A stretch of DNA of 59,882 nucleotides from a virus (taxonomy: Duplodnaviria; Caudoviricetes): positions 1 to 59,882 of IMG/VR virus record IMGVR_UViG_3300020008_000002; one strand, written 5' to 3'. Under the pieces are notes generated by a model, which saw nothing but the letters and a program-made list of their open reading frames with translations, did not search any database and was not told the origin of the DNA. This document shows, piece after piece, positions 56,592 to 59,882 of the stretch. The position numbers and the translations under genes are program-made. The number at the start of each line of letters is the position of its first letter. Position 1 is the stretch's first letter.

Positions 56592-57863
56592 ATGTCTTTC
56601 AGCCCAGAAAGAGCATCAGTAAATCAAAGCTTACAGCTCGGTATCGAGACAACTCCGGGAACAGCGGTCCCCGCCAACAAGCGAGTGGACTGCTATATGT
56701 TTTCATTTACCATCAAGCCTTCACTTAAGTCTATGGCGGGCACAGGGCGCAAATTCCCAGTTGTCCAGCAAATTAACTCAGAATACACAGACGGCACATA
56801 TTCTGGGTCAATGGACTTTAATGGCCTCCTTTATCCGCTTGCCGGAGTTTATGGGGTTCAGACCGCAGCTGCACATGGCTCGAGTACCGTCGCAAAGGAT
56901 TGGGTTTTTGACGCCGTGCTCTCAGGGGCTAAGCAGCCGCAAACGCTTTCAATCGAGCAAGGCGAAAGCGCAACAAGAGCACAAAAGTTTGCGTACGGGC
57001 TGTTCACGAAGCTTGATTACAAAATAACTCATCAGGACGCAAGCGTTTCTGGCAACATCATCGGGCAATTGGTTTCTGATGGGATAACGATGACTGCTTC
57101 TCCGACTGCTGTTGCGCTCCAACCGATGACCGGACAGCAGACAAACATCTACCTTGATCCTACGTCTGCAAATCTGGGGATGACGCAGCTAACAAAGTTC
57201 ATAAGCGTCGAATTCGATTACGACAACCTTTACGGTCCGTTTTGGCCACTTAATAGATCGCAGTCGAGTTTCGCTTCCCATGTAGATCTGAAGCCTAACT
57301 GCTACGTTAAGATTATGGCAGAGGCGGATGCTACGGGCATGGCACTACTAAATAACATGCGAGTAGGGTCAACTCAGTATCTACGTGTGAATGTAACAGG
57401 ACCGGTCGTAGACAACAATCAAACGGTGAATCTTGGCGCCCCAAGTGCAGGAACGTTCACCCTGACATATAAAGGTCAGACGACATCGGGGCTTGCATTC
57501 AATGCTACTTCTGCTACTGTCCAGACTGCTTTTACAGGTTTGTCAACGGTAGGCGCAGGCAATGCGACCGTTACAGGATCCGCAGGCGGACCGTACATAA
57601 TCACATTTGCAGGGACTCTCGCATTGGACACTACCGCTATCACAGGATCAGGAGCTAGCTTGACCGGCGGCACTTTCACGATTACCCAGACGCAGATCTA
57701 CAACACAATGCAACACGATATGGCGATAAAAATAGGAACTCCTAGCGCTTGGCAGGATAACGCTGGTATATACGCTATTGAATGGCAGTGTGATGTCTTT
57801 GAAGATTCAGTCTGGGGACACTCAAATGTCGTAACAGTAACTAATAGTATTGCTACATTATAG
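56592..57863 (+). CDS. Major tail tube protein with an inserted accessory domain
   Basis: LGIETTPGTAV; inserted GTFTLTYKGQTT..LAFNA...VQTA..GL...GPY.ITF module. Confidence 0.75.
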   Translation: MSFSPERASVNQSLQLGIETTPGTAVPANKRVDCYMFSFTIKPSLKSMAGTGRKFPVVQQINSEYTDGTYSGSMDFNGLLYPLAGVYGVQTAAAHGSSTVAKDWVFDAVLSGAKQPQTLSIEQGESATRAQKFAYGLFTKLDYKITHQDASVSGNIIGQLVSDGITMTASPTAVALQPMTGQQTNIYLDPTSANLGMTQLTKFISVEFDYDNLYGPFWPLNRSQSSFASHVDLKPNCYVKIMAEADATGMALLNNMRVGSTQYLRVNVTGPVVDNNQTVNLGAPSAGTFTLTYKGQTTSGLAFNATSATVQTAFTGLSTVGAGNATVTGSAGGPYIITFAGTLALDTTAITGSGASLTGGTFTITQTQIYNTMQHDMAIKIGTPSAWQDNAGIYAIEWQCDVFEDSVWGHSNVVTVTNSIATL

Positions 57864-57871
57864 GAGATTTT

Positions 57872-58234
57872 ATGCCATTATCGTATGCCAAGGTACGACA
57901 GAACGAAGCCACCGTATCAATCGCAATTTATGGTGAAACACTCACAGTAGTTTACTATCCTTCTCAAGTAACGGATGATATATTCGTTAAGTTCGCTGGT
58001 TTTGATGGGATAAATTCAGCGAGCGCAGCCAAAGAAGCGCTCGCTGGCCTTAATGAGATGTTGTCGCAGCTGATCAAGAAGTGGGATTTCTATGAAGATG
58101 ACCAGATGGCAACTATGTGGCCAACAACGGTAGAAGGGTTGTCAAGGTTGGAACTGTCTCTAAAGATGCAGGTTATGTTCGCAATCATGAGTGATGTACG
58201 CCCAAACCCGTCAGCGCCGAAGACGAAGAATTGA
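57872..58234 (+). CDS. Tail assembly chaperone (gpG-like)
   Basis: Between tail tube and TMP; slippery C CCA AAC near the 3' end. Confidence 0.75.
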   Translation: MPLSYAKVRQNEATVSIAIYGETLTVVYYPSQVTDDIFVKFAGFDGINSASAAKEALAGLNEMLSQLIKKWDFYEDDQMATMWPTTVEGLSRLELSLKMQVMFAIMSDVRPNPSAPKTKN

Positions 58235-58440
58235 TCGCTCTAAGGCGCTATCTCGCAATGGACGGACGAATGGGATGGTGTCCTGACTGGTATCCGTTGT
58301 TTGTGGCTGCCGACAGGTGTCATTGCCCTCCTTGGGAACTGGCGGCACAGTCAGTTTGGTGGAGAGATAGGGCGTTGATAGCGAATTCCGCAGAGAATTA
58401 CGCAAGAGAGCAGAAAGAAAAAATGAGGGACAAAGGATAA
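58201..58440 (+). CDS. Tail assembly chaperone frameshift extension (gpGT-like)
   Basis: The -1 frame is open from the heptamer to TAA 58438-58440. Confidence 0.7.
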   Translation, partial: PKPVSAEDEELIALRRYLAMDGRMGWCPDWYPLFVAADRCHCPPWELAAQSVWWRDRALIANSAENYAREQKEKMRDKG

Positions 58441-59882
58441 TGGCAATTGTAGCATCGCAATTGACGGCAAAGATAGAAGTCACCGGTGTATCGCAGGCAA
58501 AATCTGATCTTCAGAGTATGGGGGCGAGTTCCCAAATTGCGCAAGATCAGCTAGATGCGCTTGCCACTGCGTCCGTCAATGTCGGAGCTGCGTTGGCTAA
58601 TAGGTTCGTCTCTGAGGTGAATAACGCGAAGACAGGTATGCAGACATTAGCGGTAGAAGCGGAGGCCGCTGGGCTAGATGTCACGAAGTTCACGACTCTC
58701 CAAGTTAAAGCTGCCGAGGTTGCTGCGCGTTATGGGCTTGCTCAGGCTCAGGCGGCGTCGGCTCAACAACGTGCCAATGAGGTAGCCATCAGCGGGACGG
58801 CATCTGCCGAGGAGATAGCGCTTGCACAAGAGAAAGCAGCGGTGGCGGCAACTAAAGTAGATGTCGCTGAGAATAATGCTGCGGTTGCTATTGGTAAAGT
58901 AGAGGCAGAGGCCACAAGACTGACGACTGCGATGAATGAGCAGGCAGACGCCTCGTCTAACAGCGCAACTCACACGGGCATATTCGGGAACGCGCTTAAT
59001 GCAGTGAAAGGAAGCTCAGGTGGGTTCTTTGCAGGTATAAAAAGCGCTGCTGGCGGGCTCCTGGAATTCGGGTCGAAAGTAGGGATGACTATTATGGGTG
59101 TGCAAGCGATGGGATCCATATTTATAGGTGCAGCTACTGCGTCCGGGAAGATGATAGGCGACTTCCAAGAGCAGCTGACGAAGCTGGTAACTACGGCCAA
59201 TGAATCAAAAAGCAACATAGCAATGGTCAGCAAGGGTATTATTGCTATGGCGGGGGAGACAGCGACTCCGGTCAAGGATCTCGGGGACGCAATGTATTGG
59301 GTAGAAAGTGCGGGTTATCACGGTGCAGACGGGCTGAACGTGCTGAAGATAGCAGCGCAAGGAGCCAAAGCGGAGAATGCTAACGTTACCGATGTCGTAA
59401 AGGTCGTTACCGCGGCAATGAATACATATAGAGGGAGCAATCTGGGCGCAGCTGAGACGATGAACACGATGATAGCTGCAGTGTCAAGTGGGTCTATGAC
59501 CTTACAAGGATTGTCAGGAGCCATAAGTAATGTTCTGCCTGTGTCTGCAAAATTTGGGATAGCAATGGGGGATACAGTGGCGGGACTCGCCACAATGACC
59601 ATGCAAGGTGACGATGCGTCGTCAGCTGCTACCCATCTCCGACAAGTAATACTCGCACTTGAGGCTCCCGCGTCCAAAGGGGCCTCATCACTGAAAGATA
59701 TCGGTCTATCTACGCAGCAAGTAGCCGACTCAATGCGCAAATCGTTGCCGGACACCATCGACATGATAACTACAGCGCTCGGCAAGAAGTTCCCAGAAGG
59801 GACAGCTGCTTATAATGAGGCTATCAAGAATATATCAGGCGGGAATAAGCAAATGCTTGCTCTCCTTGAGACATCCGGACCG
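58440..59882 (+). CDS. Tail tape measure protein, N-terminal part (continues across the junction; about 1609 aa in total)
   Basis: ATG at 58440 (MAIVASQLTAKIEV...) overlaps the preceding stop; Ala/Gly-rich TMP-like sequence; in frame with ATG 59763, which equals position 12; missing from the ORF track because it has no stop before the window end. Confidence 0.9.
   Translation, partial: MAIVASQLTAKIEVTGVSQAKSDLQSMGASSQIAQDQLDALATASVNVGAALANRFVSEVNNAKTGMQTLAVEAEAAGLDVTKFTTLQVKAAEVAARYGLAQAQAASAQQRANEVAISGTASAEEIALAQEKAAVAATKVDVAENNAAVAIGKVEAEATRLTTAMNEQADASSNSATHTGIFGNALNAVKGSSGGFFAGIKSAAGGLLEFGSKVGMTIMGVQAMGSIFIGAATASGKMIGDFQEQLTKLVTTANESKSNIAMVSKGIIAMAGETATPVKDLGDAMYWVESAGYHGADGLNVLKIAAQGAKAENANVTDVVKVVTAAMNTYRGSNLGAAETMNTMIAAVSSGSMTLQGLSGAISNVLPVSAKFGIAMGDTVAGLATMTMQGDDASSAATHLRQVILALEAPASKGASSLKDIGLSTQQVADSMRKSLPDTIDMITTALGKKFPEGTAAYNEAIKNISGGNKQMLALLETSGP
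59752..59882. repeat. Terminal direct repeat (copy 2)
   Basis: Matches 1-131; lies inside the tape measure reading frame. Confidence 0.95.

Noticed and set aside
1-59882. tRNA, rRNA, IS elements, introns or inteins in nrdA/terL
   Set aside because: None recognised by eye, and protein lengths are normal. A tRNAscan or Rfam search is needed to exclude small RNAs.

Overview
The window looks like a complete, circularly permuted siphovirus-type phage genome of about 59.75 kb. Bases 1-131 repeat at 59752-59882, and the tape measure gene wraps across the junction. Gene style suggests a Chloroflexota host, possibly Ktedonobacteria (inference only). It carries packaging, head and tail genes (48.5-59.9 kb and 0-13.3 kb), a lysis module, a dNTP supply set (thyX, dcd, tmk, nrdAB), a P4/D5-type primase-helicase, RusA, an SSAP, a Cas4-like nuclease and a Dam-type methylase. 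No integrase or ParA was recognised. Main observations: (1) a cas-less mini-CRISPR array behind tmk whose single spacer matches the phage's own 976-aa cationic repeat gene for 29 nt exactly; (2) a membrane-anchored HerA/FtsK-like ATPase next to a membrane-HTH gene containing a helically phased CTGAACA repeat array, resembling a TraB/clt/Spd or partition module; (3) a candidate ~127-nt sRNA whose 5' end is complementary to the ribosome-binding site of that membrane gene; (4) an independently promoted double-glycine-leader peptide; (5) a class Ic (Tyr-less) RNR beta subunit; (6) a Bro-N protein fused to a copy of the primase C-terminal domain, split by a TAG, next to an iteron-like array; (7) a family of near-identical sigma70 promoters with an embedded palindrome. 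All family assignments come from motifs recognised by eye; no searches were run.
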